64,000 nt of DNA from Squalus acanthias (lineage: Eukaryota). The stretch lies in the NCBI GenBank assembly GCA_030390025.1, contig CM059435.1:78492001-78556000 (forward strand). Reading direction: 5' to 3'. Below, piece after piece: positions 35,237 through 48,060 of this stretch; the first letter of the stretch is position 1, and every line of letters begins with the position of its first letter. Position numbers and translations under genes: made by a program. Under the pieces are notes generated by a model. The model was not told where the DNA came from and made no database searches. It was given only the letters and a program-made list of their open reading frames with translations.

Positions 35237-37008
35237 GGCCGGAATTTTGCCGGCGCTCAGAGGCAGGTCCGCTGTGAAAATCTAAAAGATTCGCAGCGGG
35301 TTGGGATCCCGCTCTGAACCCGCCTCCGTGTAAGTTTCCCAAGTGCCAGGCCTGCCTGCGCTTTGCCAGCGGCGGGTAAACCAATTGAGATAGTTAAGAG
35401 GGTCTTTAAAGGTAGTTGAACAGCATTTTACCACCTACTAGCCATTTTTCCAGCTTTTTCATGAGGTTCTCGTTGCTCAGGGATCACGTCAGGTAAGTGT
35501 GTTGGGTTCTCTATGACTCTCCATTGCTGTGAATAGGTGACAGCTGCAAAAGTGGTATAAAAGCTACCATTTCACAGCTGTTCACTTTCCAATGTTAGAA
35601 GCTTGAGCCTTCAGGACTTGGAAGACACTTTTGAGCTGTATTCAGTTTGGAAGTGTTTGGAGTAAACTCTCTATCCACTGTCACCTCCTTGGAGCAAGCT
35701 CTCTCACCATTGACAGATCACTTCTGTCATCTCAACTTCAGCTGATATCTATTCCAGCAGCATCGGTGCCCTTGAAAAAATCTCACCTTGGTCCTCAGAA
35801 TCCCACCACGATCAGCCCCAACACCATCATCACCAGGCACACCAGCAGCACCAACAACAACACCAACCTTCTCTGCAATCACTTAATGCTGCACAGGACA
35901 CAGGGCATCAGCACCCGAGCACATTGCTGCCTGGGAGGCCAGGGATTGCCTCACCATGGCCAGATTTACTTCACTTGACACTGTACACCCTGGCTGCCAC
36001 ATGATGCACCAGTTTGGCACCACCCCACACCAGCACCATAAAGCATCCCTACAATGTCCAAGCCATTCCTTTTACACTCATCACCTTTGGAGGGGGGGGG
36101 GGGGAGATGTTATGTCTCACCACTCACTGGAACTCACTAAGACACTTCCAAAGGTGCACACAAATCTGTCCAAGAAGGCAAAGTGATGAAAATAAAGATT
36201 TCAATGTTTGATAACACATTAACAGAGACTTTACAGGAACATTGCATAAAACACCCAAGTGGCTACCCTTGTGTGTTGTTAGTTGGTATGATTGGAAAAG
36301 GATGAGTGTTAGTGTGAGGGGTGGCTAGTGAGATGGGGAAGTGATAATGTAGATAGAGAGAGATGGGTGGAGATGAAAGGTAAGTTGGTGTGAGTAAGGA
36401 TGTGCTGGAGTAGAGTAGGGAAGGCAGAGTGATGGGGATGTGATGAGTGGCACAGCAGGATGAGGTTGAGTGTGGCTTGGCAGTAACGTTTCGTGATCTA
36501 CTGAGATCATTGAAAGGTTTGCGCCACTGCAGCCTGGTCCTCCTGATGACATCCCTGCTTGTGCCCTCCTGTACAATGTGCAACCAGGCTGCGTTGGTCT
36601 CCTGGGTAGGTCTCTTCCGCCCATTGGAAGGGAAGAGAACCTCCCTGTGTGCTGTGACTCCCTCCATAAGCATATGGAGGGAGTCATGGGAGAGCCTGGG
36701 TGCAGCCGTGCACTTTTGTGCAGTGCTTGTCAGTGTTTGCAGCACCTCAATGCTGTAGAACACTGACAGCACAACTGTCAAAATAAATTTGGACATGGTC
36801 CCTTTAAGGAAACCAGCTGGTGACGCATCATCAAATTACGTCATCAGACCCGCTTCCTTTTAATTGGCCGGAAACCTCACAGGATGGGCTTAACAAGCCC
36901 TATTAACGTAAAATCATGTCGGAGCCCGGGATCTAGACAGCTGCGGGGTCGGCACCCGCGACGGACGTCGCCCGCCACGGACCCGCCAAGGTTGGTAAAA
37001 TCCAGCCC
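35237..37008. mobile_element. internally deleted PIF/Harbinger transposon
   Basis: Imperfect TIRs ggccggaattttgcc / ggtaaaatccagccc with a 3-bp TSD (tga) on both sides. Minus-strand Myb/SANT-like ORF; plus-strand transposase-like C-terminal remnant (AAWEARDCLTMARF). Confidence 0.85.
36490..36730 (-). pseudogene. Harbinger Myb/SANT-like (trihelix, NAIF1-like) DNA-binding protein exon remnant
   Basis: APRLSHDSLHMLMEGVTAHREVLFPSNGRKRP...AAWLHIVQE..SRDVIRRTRLQWRKPFNDL matches the Myb/SANT-like pattern of Harbinger ORF2. Confidence 0.8.
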
Positions 37009-38994
37009 TGAGAGTGAGACTTGTGTAAACAGTCACTGGTATGAGTGGCCACCTGTTTATATCTGATAAATTTCCAGTCCAAACAGCTTTCTCAGTGCAA
37101 ATAAAAGGAACTGCAACCTCAGTTCAGAGGTCACATGTAAATGCTAACAGAAACCACACACAAATTTTTATTCTAGCCCAACAACATGCTATATCACCAC
37201 TCTTAGAATAGTACCCCCTGCTACCCGAGTATCCTCACTTCCCACACCAGCAATCCTTATGTCCTCTCTGAGCAAGTCTGACAATTTTTGAAAATATATA
37301 TATATTTTTATTATTGTTTGTGTGCCCATGCCTATAGTAACTGAGTTGAGAATGCCGCAAATTTATTCCACATAAAATGGATTTCAACTCATCAGTCTGG
37401 GTTGGTGAACTGAGGTCCAGAAGGTAAAAGCACATGTGCTAATCCAGTGCACCACTTGGTCCCCCACATAGAAATGCATTTAGTAATTCAATCTATTGAT
37501 TAAGATGCCTTATTTGGATCGGAGACAATCTTCATCATAAACTGATCTTATACGAACTAAACATTTGACCTCAACAGTCAACAAGAAGTGAACTGAACCA
37601 AGCAGCTCTTCTTCCACAAATAAAATACACCTTTTGATTCAGTTACCTGACCTGCTGAAGAAGCTAGTCTGGATACTTGGGAGCTCATCCACCCACAATG
37701 CTATAGAAACTGGTACAGTAAGGAATCCCAATAACTGCACACTGTATCTTTGCCGTATTCCTAAGGAGAACATGCACAATATTCCAAATCTCTGGAGAAG
37801 TGTAGTAGCATCCTAAGAATTTTGCATTATTCAGAGATTTGTTAACGACTTCAAGCAACCCCATCCGCCCAAACTGACCTCATCCTTGTATGCAGATGTA
37901 ATATCTAGGAGCAGGGGCTACTCTGGTGAAAATGGTCAGTTGCCTACCCTGGCCATAAAAAAGGTCTGGCAGCTGATGGTTGCCATGAAGCAGCATTTAA
38001 TTGAATACTACGTCTAGCAACTTCAACTGAAAATCCTGACAGATCTAAACTGAATCTTTACAAGTGCACCTTATGTAGATCAATCACAGATCAGCATGGA
38101 TGGAAAAACAAATGAAAAAACTTTAAAGAAATGCAAAATTTTCAAGCCATCAAGAACCCAGGTAAGTTTTACTTAGAAGGTGACATACCACTCGCCTCCA
38201 CATTAAAGTCATTTACGAAGCATCTCTGAATCACAAAAAAAATTATCAATTTTCCACAAATTATCTGCAAATGTGAGCTGTGTTTTAGAAACTATGCTGC
38301 AACTGCAGCTTTTACTGAAAAGACTGGATTTAGTAACCAGTAGAAATTGCACTGTACATGTTTAAAGGTGTGGGCTGCAGTACATGTGAAGATTTTAAGC
38401 AAATTGGCAAGAAAGAAACTGGAGAGAAAGAGGAGACAGCCAAAGGCATCCTCTGATGACTTGGATATGATCAAATATGAAAATTAACTTTTCTGATGAT
38501 GGCTGTCTTAAGGTTATCATAGAGATACTATGACCACAACTGGCAGGGTTAAGACTGGAAAGACCCACAGGAATGACCTCAGATGAAGCATCAAAGAAAA
38601 TCACTAAGCTAGCCATGAGGGGACATGCTACTGGAAGATGGCATTCCAAGAGAAAGAATCCCCAGCAAATGGGATAAGAAAAGGGTGCATCACTTTCCTC
38701 ATCAATCTCCTAGGATCCAGAGAATTCATCCCCTCCCCACCCTGGCAGGATCCATTCTCTTAGACTAGGATGTAATCAATCTCTGGGGTCTGATGGAACA
38801 GGTTCCAGTCAACTGACTGGTACAAATAACTAAAGAGTTGGCAGTGAACACCACGTCCATGTGCTGGCTCAATACAACCATCAGGTTGTATAGCTAAACC
38901 ACTAGAGTCAGTAGGATCAACCAACAAATAATCATGCATCTCCAAACCTTAACAAAGACAGAGAAAAGATACTTGGCTAGATCAACTCAGTCTT

Positions 38995-39925
38995 TTCATG
39001 GTAGGAAAAACAGGATATTTTTTAAATGGTGAGAAACTATTAAATGTTGGTGTTCAAAGGGATTTGGGTGTCCTTGTACACGAAACACAGAAAGTTAATT
39101 GGCACATACAGCAAGCAATTAGGAAGGCAAATGCTACATTGGCCTTTATTGCAAGGGGGTTGGAGTACAAGAGTAAGGAAGTCTTGCTGCAATTGTACAG
39201 GACTTTGGTGAGACCACACCTGGAGCAATGTTCCCTTTAACCTGTGGGGCCGCACAGGGCTCTGGAGCTCCCACGCAGCCAACTCACCGGCTTTTAAATG
39301 GGAAAAACCGTGCATGCGTGGTATTTTGAATGGGCCCTTAAAGGGGCTGTGCACCCAAAAAAAAATTAAAGGGAACATTGACCTGGAGCACTGTGTACAG
39401 TTTTGGTCTCCGTACCCAAGAAAGGATATACTTACCTTAGAGGCGGTGCAACGAAGGTTCACTAGATTGATTCCTGGGATGAGAGGGTTGACCTCTGAGG
39501 GGAGATTGAGTAGACTAGGCCTATACTCTCTGGAGTTTAGAAGAATGAAAGGTGATCTCATTGAAACATAAGATTCTGAGAGGGCTCGACAGGATAGATG
39601 CTGAGGTTGTTTTCCCTGGTTGGAGTCTCTAGAACTAGGGGTCACAGTCTCAGGATAAGGGGTCGGCAATTTAAGACTGAGATGAGGAGAAATTTCTTCA
39701 GACAGAGGGTTGTGAATCTTTGGAATTCTCTACCCCAGAGGTCTGTGGATGCTCAACTGTATATTCAAGGCTGAGATCGATAGATTTTTGGTCTCTAAGG
39801 GAATCAAGGGATACGGGGATCGGGCAGAAAAGTGGAATTGAGGTTGAAGATCAACCATGATCTTATTGAATGGCAGAGCAGGCTTGAGGGGCCGTGTGGC
39901 CTACATCTGCTCCTGTTTCTTATGC
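38995..39925 (+). mobile_element. CR1 LINE 3' fragment interrupted by a hAT MITE
   Basis: QRDLGVLVH...LVRPHLE | HCVQFWSP continues across the MITE; CR1 3' end at about 39920. Confidence 0.93.
39226..39380. mobile_element. hAT-type MITE (155 bp), 8-bp TSD acctggag
   Basis: Perfect 15-bp TIRs caatgttccctttaa / ttaaagggaacattg; acctggag at 39218-39225 and 39381-39388. Confidence 0.95.
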
Positions 39926-40099
39926 TCTTAATTTGTGGGACCACTGCACTAATTGAGTGCTCAATATTTAACCAACTCTACACAACCAACCACATTGAAG
40001 GAATAACCTACAAATGTTAATTTTCCAAAGGCCTATTACAGCAAATTTAAAAAAAAATATTGAGACCTACAAAAGTTCACCTGCCAACAATTTTTGTGG

Positions 40100-40298
40100 T
40101 TATTGGTTCAAACACCACTCCAGGACTTGAGCACATAATCTAGGCTTTTATTATAGTGCAGAAATGAGGGACTGCTGCATTATCAGAGGTGCAGTCTTTT
40201 GGATGAGATGTTAAATTGAGGCACTGAGTGTCTGCCTGTTCAGGTGCAAGTAAAAAATCCCATGGCACTTTTTCAAAAGAGCAAAGGGAGTTATCCTG
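40100..40298 (+). mobile_element. tRNA-derived DeuSINE (SacSINE1-like), 5' partial
   Basis: B-box ggttcaaac followed by Deu-domain-like sequence; homologous to 57026-57472. Confidence 0.75.
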
Positions 40299-40327
40299 CT
40301 TCCCCCCCGCCCCCCCACCCCACCCTC

Positions 40328-40546
40328 ATTGTCACAATGCTGAACCTCCATTCAGCATTGTGACAATTTTGAGAAACACACAATGCAGAGAATGTCCATG
40401 GCCATGGTATTCCTTTACTTCACCTGACGAAGGAGCAGCGCTCCGAAAGCTTGTGATTTCAAATAAAACTGTTGGACTATAACCTGGTGTTGTGCGACTT
40501 CTCACTTTTGTCCACCCCAGTCCAACACCGGCATCTCCGCATCATG
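40328..40546 (+). mobile_element. Penelope-type terminal repeat fragment
   Basis: 17-bp perfect hairpin, hammerhead core, aataaa, and a 3' segment shared with the insert at 16020-16068. The left boundary is uncertain. Confidence 0.7.
40419..40456 (+). ncRNA. minimal type I hammerhead ribozyme motif (Penelope-associated)
   Basis: UCAC-CUGACGA-A-GGAGC-AGC-GCUCC-GAAA-GCUU-GUGA: conserved core boxes, stem II, palindromic AAGCUU in place of stem III, stem I UCAC/GUGA. Confidence 0.7.
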
Positions 40547-41989
40547 CAATCAGTCACAGTTTGTTTTAAAAAATACAAGCAGAGTTCAATGGACCACTGA
40601 TTTGCTATTTGAAGAAACTAAACTAAAGAAAAACCAATGTGTATGTGTACAAACAAGTTAACAAAGAGAAAGTCTACACTAACAATTAAGTTTCAGGTTA
40701 TTCACTGTAATTCCATCACAGTCGAATCTACTTGCAGCAATCAGGCACAATACGAAGTGTGTCCATAATTAATGTGGGCTTTAAACACGGTGCAAAGCAG
40801 AGGTGTAACTTACACTGTATTGGTATACCTGATTTTAAACCTAAACCTTTGCTATCACTTATTTATAAACCTAAACAATATCTAGCATGCACGTGCAGTA
40901 TTTAAGCAAGGAATAAAGGGATACATTTTCATATAGCAAAAATGTTTCAGAACACTGTTTGAATACTTTCCCTTCACCTCTAGTGCCTGAGTTTAGATCC
41001 ACCCCAGACTGACTTGTTTCTCTCTGCTGGATGTAAAAGTCCAAAATGAAAAGAGCTTGTGGCAATCAAAACTTAGTTGGTAGTGTATGTGGGCCTACAG
41101 CACAAAACTACCTATGATTAGACACAAATTGGAATTAAATTGGAAGTCAGGGGCCTCAAGGAAGGCTGTTGTGGGAATTGGAAAAGTCATAATGGTGCAT
41201 TAGAGCTAATTTTCTGAGGCTGGGGTTGGAACAGAGTAAAGAGAGGCTCACTGGATGTGGAGAATGCCAGACAGCACTGATCTCTTAGTCGTTCTTTCAT
41301 TCTACACAGAGGTCCAGTCCTACTTGTGTGGTAAACCAATATCACGTAATCTGGTTCAGTGATTGCTGCTGATCAGTTACTTTTGTCCAAATAACTCTCT
41401 CCCTGGACGGGTTAAGTCACTGCCCAGGCTGCTGTGTGTGGTGTTGAGTAAAGCAAGCACCACAGAACTATTACAGGTAGTGTAGAAAACATGTACAGGC
41501 ATGCATTACCACAATCTGAAGGTGCTGTAATTTAAGTGAAAAATGTTCCATCCCTCAGAATTAATATACCCTACCTTGATAATAATATAATTCAAATTAA
41601 TCCTAAAAATCAATTCACATCATAGCATTACATATTTGTATAAATATTTATTATGCATATATAAGTTATATAAAATAAATACATCTTTTACAAATAAACA
41701 TAAAGGTCCCAAAAATCCATGGGACCATTTGCTGTAGAACATGGGCTCAGTTCATTTACATCTTCATAGGTGTTGGCTGAGCGCAACTACCATGTGACAC
41801 AGGAGCACGCTGCTGGGAGGGGAGGAGGGTGAAACTTTCAGATGCAGCCTTTAAATAGTCAGGATTGGCTGAAGATTGCAACAGCAGGTAAGTAAAGGAC
41901 CTTTTGCAAGACGTTGATTGGGAGGTAGCTGTAATAGATGGTTCATGTGAAATTTAGTGACACTTTTAAAGAATATCTTCGAGTGGAGA

Positions 41990-43080
41990 AGTAGGTAGAA
42001 AAGAACAGCGCATTGGAAGGAGGCGGAGAAGAGAAGCCCAAAATTTTAATGAAGCCGACCTATAGACACTCCTGGATGAAATGCAGCAAAGGAGAGAAAA
42101 ACTGCTCGGTGTCCATGGAAGGAAATCTGAAAAAGTGCTTTGGGTGCTATGTGGAGAGAGATCACAATGGCAACCGCAGAACTGCAGATCACTGCCAGAA
42201 AATTGTTGAAGGCAGGCAAAGTAACACACCAGCCACCATCCCTTTGCCTTCCTGGATACCATGGGCACTGTTCACTCTCTAAAATTAATAGTTGCACAAG
42301 TCAACCTTCTCTATGCTCTGTGGTTCAGGGTATCTAACCCTGTATCGTACAATATGCATCACCAACTCCCCTAACAGGAATTAGTTGCATTCAGAATCTT
42401 AAAACGCCTTCTTTCATTTTAACAGGGTGATACTAACAAATCTATTACAGCTGCTGTGTGATACCACCTGGGAGACAGTCCTCAAGTGCTAGTCTTCACC
42501 TAATTCCCTCAATATTATTATGGGAGAAACTTGCTTACAATGCCCGAGAAAGGCAGAGGACCGAAAGGGGAATACTGGACATTAGAGAGCTAACCTCCTA
42601 TGAGAAGTAGGCCTTGGAGCTGCTAGGGAGGCACTCTGCTCTCGCCATAGGAGATGACGAGATTGGTGGGACAGTGCAGGTAGCATGTTATTGAGTAAAC
42701 ATCTAGATAATCGCCATGGCATCCCTGTATCGCAATAAATAAAAAGTTCAGGGATGTGTAATGCATTGAAAGAATTATAATTGCTTTGAAGCAGAGGAAG
42801 TGGAGTAATGGCAATAGTGACAAAGGGAGACAGCATCCTGAATGATATTACACAGGACCCCTGTGGCTGTTTGAAATTAGCCAGTGGTACAGAAATTGTG
42901 TGGGGGTATCTTATGCAGCCACAGGCTGACCTGTGTGCAGATGATCTTGGCTGCAGATCTTTAAGCAGAAGCTGGCATAGCTATCCTTCAGCCTCTTTGG
43001 TGAAGCACACTCTTCTCACACGAGTTCCTCACTGAGATCTTCTTAAGATCTGTGTGGCCGGTAAACTTTTTTTTCAGGGG
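41990..43080. mobile_element. old degraded Harbinger transposon (convergent Myb/SANT and transposase remnants)
   Basis: Plus strand about 42020-42200: RREAQNFNEADL*TLLDEMQQRREKLLG..MWREI..RTADHCQK (Myb/SANT-like). Minus strand about 42650-43070: KVYRPHRS*EDLSEE..RRVCFTKE..LCQLLLKDLQP and TSLNF..IQGCHGD (HARBI1-like transposase). Termini not resolved. Confidence 0.7.
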
Positions 43081-45452
43081 GGGGGGGGGGGAAGTAATAT
43101 CTTGTAAGGTGCATCCTCCCCAAATGGAGCCTTACTCTCCTTTCCTTCCATTTTGTACTACGCCTCCTCCTCCTCCATTAAAATAGAAAACAAGAGCATC
43201 TCATAATTGTTAATCAGAATCTTTTAATATAGTTGGGAGAATATATCCCGATGATCTCTCAGAGGCAAGGTCAGCTCTGTCCAGGTGCAACTAAAAGAGA
43301 AACAATCCCAAATCCCTACTGTAGCTCAAGCTTCCCCAGGATTTGGGCTCCAAAGTAAAGCACTTCCAGCAGTATCAGCTGATGCTAGCAACAGGTACTC
43401 CTCTTTTCATTCATTCTAAGTTACCATTGGTGCATTGGGGCTCAAGTCACGGGTTTTGGCCACTCCTACGCTGTTATCCTCACTATAATATAGTACAATA
43501 ACCTCCCAGTAGCACTGGCACCAGCATATGTGGAAGGTCCCAGACCCAAACGTCAGCGTAGCCAGAAACCCGGCAAAAACAGGAAGAACAGGGAACCTGG
43601 AAAAATTGAATTTGGCTCAAATTTCATTCATCAGTTGATTGCTTTGATTTTGATCTTCACTCCCAAACAACCATCTTTTTCTATGGCAAATATTTAAACT
43701 CACAAAATTGTTCTTTTCCTGTCCCACTTTTTGCCCTGCAGCACCAGTTGATCTGAGAATTTTTAGCCTGGTTTGAACAATTAGAGGTTCACTTTAGAGC
43801 CAACGTCGTTTTTTTCAACCCCTCCTCTTATTATTGACATCAACAACCTGTTCTCATTTCATTTCTTTAACAAATGAAAAAATGAAGTGTGATGTGTTGC
43901 TATTTTTGTCATTGTTATTTCTGTACGTCAGCAGTATCTCTATATTTTGGACTCCAGTTCCAATGATTTTAAACAGATAGTTGCATACTCTTCAAATACT
44001 CATTGTTCCATTTGCCTCAGATCTCCTTCACTGGCCTATTTTTTTCCTCATATTGGGGCACGTTATGTCAGACAGACCTCTTTCTGAAATTAGTAACTGG
44101 CACTTGACACTTAAAATTGTCACACAATTAATAATATGAAAAAAATAATAAAATGAAAACAAGTTATAAAAGTGAAATTATGCAAAGACACACCGTAAAC
44201 ATGAAGGATTGCAACCGATGTATTGAAATGTTACAAATCAGTTTCACTGGGGCATTTTAAAGACTATTCTATGAATTTGGAAAAGATATGGATTATTTTT
44301 GGTTAATAATTCTACTCCGCTTTTGCCCTGAACTAGCATATTAAATGTTTTTCCCCAGGTTTTCTTTTTTGGTCTTGATTTTAAGTGAATAGATTATACT
44401 GGGGTTAGCAAAACTAGAGAAAAACACTCCTGCAGTTCCACAGATTACACATGAACATTTTCAGCAGAAATACTTATCTTACAACATTATACAACATGCA
44501 ATCTAAAACTAGTGCCACAGTGTGTAAGCGTCTTTGTGTCTTCACATGCTAATTCAGTTGCGCTATTGTTGGAAGGTGCCGTATGGGGGCAAGGTGGAGA
44601 AGAGTGAAACATCATAAGGAATTTCCCGATTGCTCTTGGAGACCAGTTACAGATTGGCATTGATAGAGGGCTGAGTGCTTGTTTTCTCAGCTGGGGAGCA
44701 GCTATGCCATGGGATGTAACAACCAAAACACCTCAGCAAAAAAAACCCTGTGAGACTCTAGTTTAAACTAATTAAAACTGGTGAGAATGAAAGAGGAAAT
44801 ACGAGCCAGTTTCATATTCTGGACCTTTCTTATCTAATAATACAAAAGGAAAGGTTAGGGCCAATTAGATATGAAAAAGAAAATCTGATGGATGATGAAG
44901 GAATAGTACAGATAATAAATGAGTGCTTTGCTTTGTTTTCACAGAAAAGTGCAATAATGGAATGAAAGAATGCAAAAGGAGGAGGGGAAGTCATCAGACT
45001 GGTGATGACATCTCCTAAAGATGGTGATAGTGGATCATTCAAGCCATTTGATTTCATAAAGTTAAATAGTTGATACATTTCTTTTTAAAGAAACAATTTT
45101 ATTTAAGGTGTCTAACCTAAAACAGAAGTTGAATTGAATTTTGTTTTGAGAAGCCATATCACATATTACACTGCTAACTTCCTCTGTTCTGGACAGATGT
45201 TAATAGATTCAACACCACAAAGCAGGATTTGATATAAGTCCTTTGCTATTGGATCAATATTTTGAATTTTATTCACCTATGTGGTATAATTTTATACCAT
45301 ATACTGCAGTATGGCAAACTTGGTTTTGGTAGGGAAGGAGCCATGTGTCCCCACATGAAGATGAAATCATGGCAATTTCTCATGTGATGTATGTCATTAC
45401 AATTTGTAAATAAATTTTAAAATGGTTTTGGAAACACTTTCCTGTGTAAAGA

Positions 45453-45750
45453 TAACAACAACTTGTATTTATATAGCGTCTTTAACGTAGTAAAATGTCC
45501 CAAGGCGCTTCACAAGAGCGTTATCAGACAAAATTTCACACCAAGCCACATAAGGAAATATTAGGACAGGTGACCAAAAGCTTGGTCAGAGGTAGGTTTT
45601 GAGGGGCATCTTAAAGGAGGAGAGAGACGTAGAGAGGCGGAGAAGTTTGAGGAGGGAATTCCAGAGTTTAGGGCCTAGACAGCTGAATGCACAGTAACAA
45701 ATAGAGGGGAGAAGGAAATCAGGGATGCACACGAGGCCAGAATTGGAGGA
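45453..45750 (-). mobile_element. L2-clade LINE 3' end
   Basis: aacaacaacttgtatttatatagcg tail plus an L2 3' UTR homologous to 47250-47552. Confidence 0.85.
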
Positions 45751-46867
45751 ATACAACAGTGTAATAAACCATAGGGGTCATCACAGCTAAGCCTAACTCT
45801 GACCTCACCCTACATTGACATGGCCACTTTGCAGCAGAGGTCCTTGATAGCTATCAGGATCAGGAATCCTGGCTGATTTTCCCCCTCAAAGCTCAAGAAC
45901 CAAATCTATACTACACAAAAATTATCATTGTTTGTTTAATGACCTTTTCAACAACCAGCTAAGACCTCAAAATTCCATTTTGCTGGTGAGGTATTGGTAA
46001 TAAATGGCTTGTAATATTTGAACCCCAATAGTAACCACTGCTAACGTGTATAGTACCATGATGGCACTCAACTGCAACTTATTTCCTAATAAATTCACAG
46101 TAATAAGATCACAATCATTGATCCTTATAATGTAAATGTCATCATGTATCAGCCACATGGATTGTATTACCAGTCATTGCCCTTACTGATAGAACCTTTT
46201 GATCCTTAGTTATGGACAATAAAAATTGGAGAGATAGAAATGAAACACACTTTACAAATGAACTGTATTTATATTATATATGTTTAAGTCTATGATCTCA
46301 AGGTTCTGTCAACAATAATAATCTGATTTGTGAGGTTTATGACATTATCTGAACCCCTTGATTTAATTACTGCCACGTAATCCATCATAGGTATCCATTG
46401 CTCTCTACATTATGTATAATGGACATATGATTTCCTGATAATTAACTACAAATTATTTCCCTGCTGTTGTGAAACTCCTCGACACCTTTCTGTGAACATC
46501 ACATTATGCTCTGCTCAGCTCAACTCAGCTCTCATCTTAATATGGTAACTCCCAAAAAGGGCAACAAGAAAAGTCAAAAGGTAGCAATTCAAAAATCACC
46601 AGAAATATTTGTTAAAGAGGCAGTGATATTAAAAGAAAATGTTTGAAATCCTTTTTTCTCATCTGAATAACATTATAAGGTGGCCAATGCATTTCCTGAC
46701 TGTGGCACAAAATTTTAAACTGCATTTCTTAAAAGTGATTTTGTCATGATGAAAGCTGCTCACTCTCCTCGGTGCCTTTCCTTTCCATTTTGTCCCCCCT
46801 TCTTCTGAAGGAACTGACTCGTTTTGGAGTACAGCTCCATAGCTGTCAGTCACCCTCCACTATCCAT

Positions 46868-47552
46868 CTAAACTACTTATTCTACGCCTCCGTAACATTG
46901 TCCGTCTCCACCCCTGCCTCAGCTCATTTGCCCGTCTCTGGCCTTGCCTCAGCTCATCTGCTGCTGAAACCCTCATCCATGCCTTTGTTACCTCTGAACT
47001 TTACTATTTCAACGCACTCTTGGCTGGCCTCCCACATTCTACCCTACACAAACTTGAAGTCATCCAAAACTCAGCTGCCCATGTCCTAACTTGTACCAAG
47101 TCCCGTACACCCATCATCTCTGTGCTCGCTGACCTCCATTGGTTCCCAGTTAAGCAACGCCTCGATTCTCACCCTTGTTTTCAAATCCCTCCATGGCCTC
47201 GCCCCTCCCTATCTCTGTAATCTCCTGCAGCCCCACAACCCCCGAGATATCTGCGCTCCTCAAATTCTGCCGTCTTGAGCATCCCTGATTATAATAGCTC
47301 AACCATTGGTGGCTGTGCCTTCAGCTGCCTAGGCCCGAAGCTCTGGAATTCCCTCCCTAAACCTCACCGCCTCCCAACTCTCTTTTCTCCTTTAAGACGC
47401 TCCTAGGTCTTTGACCAAGCTTTTGGTCATCTGCCCTAATTTCTCCTTAAGTGGCTTGGCTTCAAATTTTTGTCTTATAATACTCCTGTGAAGCGGCTTG
47501 GGACGTTTTACTGTGTTAAAGGCGCTAGAAAATGCAGGTGCTTGTTGTTGTT
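46868..47552 (+). mobile_element. L2-clade LINE 3' fragment
   Basis: Peptides ETLIHAFV, LAGLPHSTLHKLEVIQNSAA, VLADLHWFPV; (ttg)n tail. Confidence 0.9.
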
Positions 47553-47560
47553 GTGTGAAC

Positions 47561-47733
47561 CAATGTTCCCTTTAATATTTTTTGGGGTGCATGGCCCCTT
47601 TAATGGGGTTCGCTGCCAAATTCAAATTCCCGCGCATGCACGATTTTTCCTATTGTAAGGCCGGCAAGCGGCCTGCGCGAGAGCTCCAGACAGCTGCATG
47701 GCCACGTGGCAGCACAGCTTATAGGGAACATTG
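47561..47733. mobile_element. hAT-type MITE (173 bp), 8-bp TSD gtgtgaac; same family as 39226-39380 in opposite orientation
   Basis: TIRs caatgttccct / agggaacattg; gtgtgaac at 47553-47560 and 47734-47741. Confidence 0.93.
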
Positions 47734-48060
47734 GTGTGAACTAGACAATGAGGATCGACTGACTATTCAATTGTGGGGGTATCCTAGTCCTCACCTAAAG
47801 TGACTACACAGCAATCAGGAACAGGAATTCTGGCTGATTTTTCTCTCATTAGCCCTGGAGAACTGAGGCAAATTGTAGGAGCCCTTCTCCCACTAAGCAA
47901 GGATCAGCAAATCTGTATAGTTCAGTGCCACACGGACAGTGCATTTATTAACTGACCCATCAGGGGAACTAAAAAATGTCTCTCGATATGACTTTTTCTT
48001 CAACATCATTGATGATGAGCCAGGTATTTTGATCCACTGATGTAAGGACATGAACAAAAT

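Noticed and set aside
38872-38894. Small hairpin containing AGGTTGTATAG (part of let-7a)
   Set aside because: No seed and only an 8-bp stem; lies in degraded repeat-like sequence.
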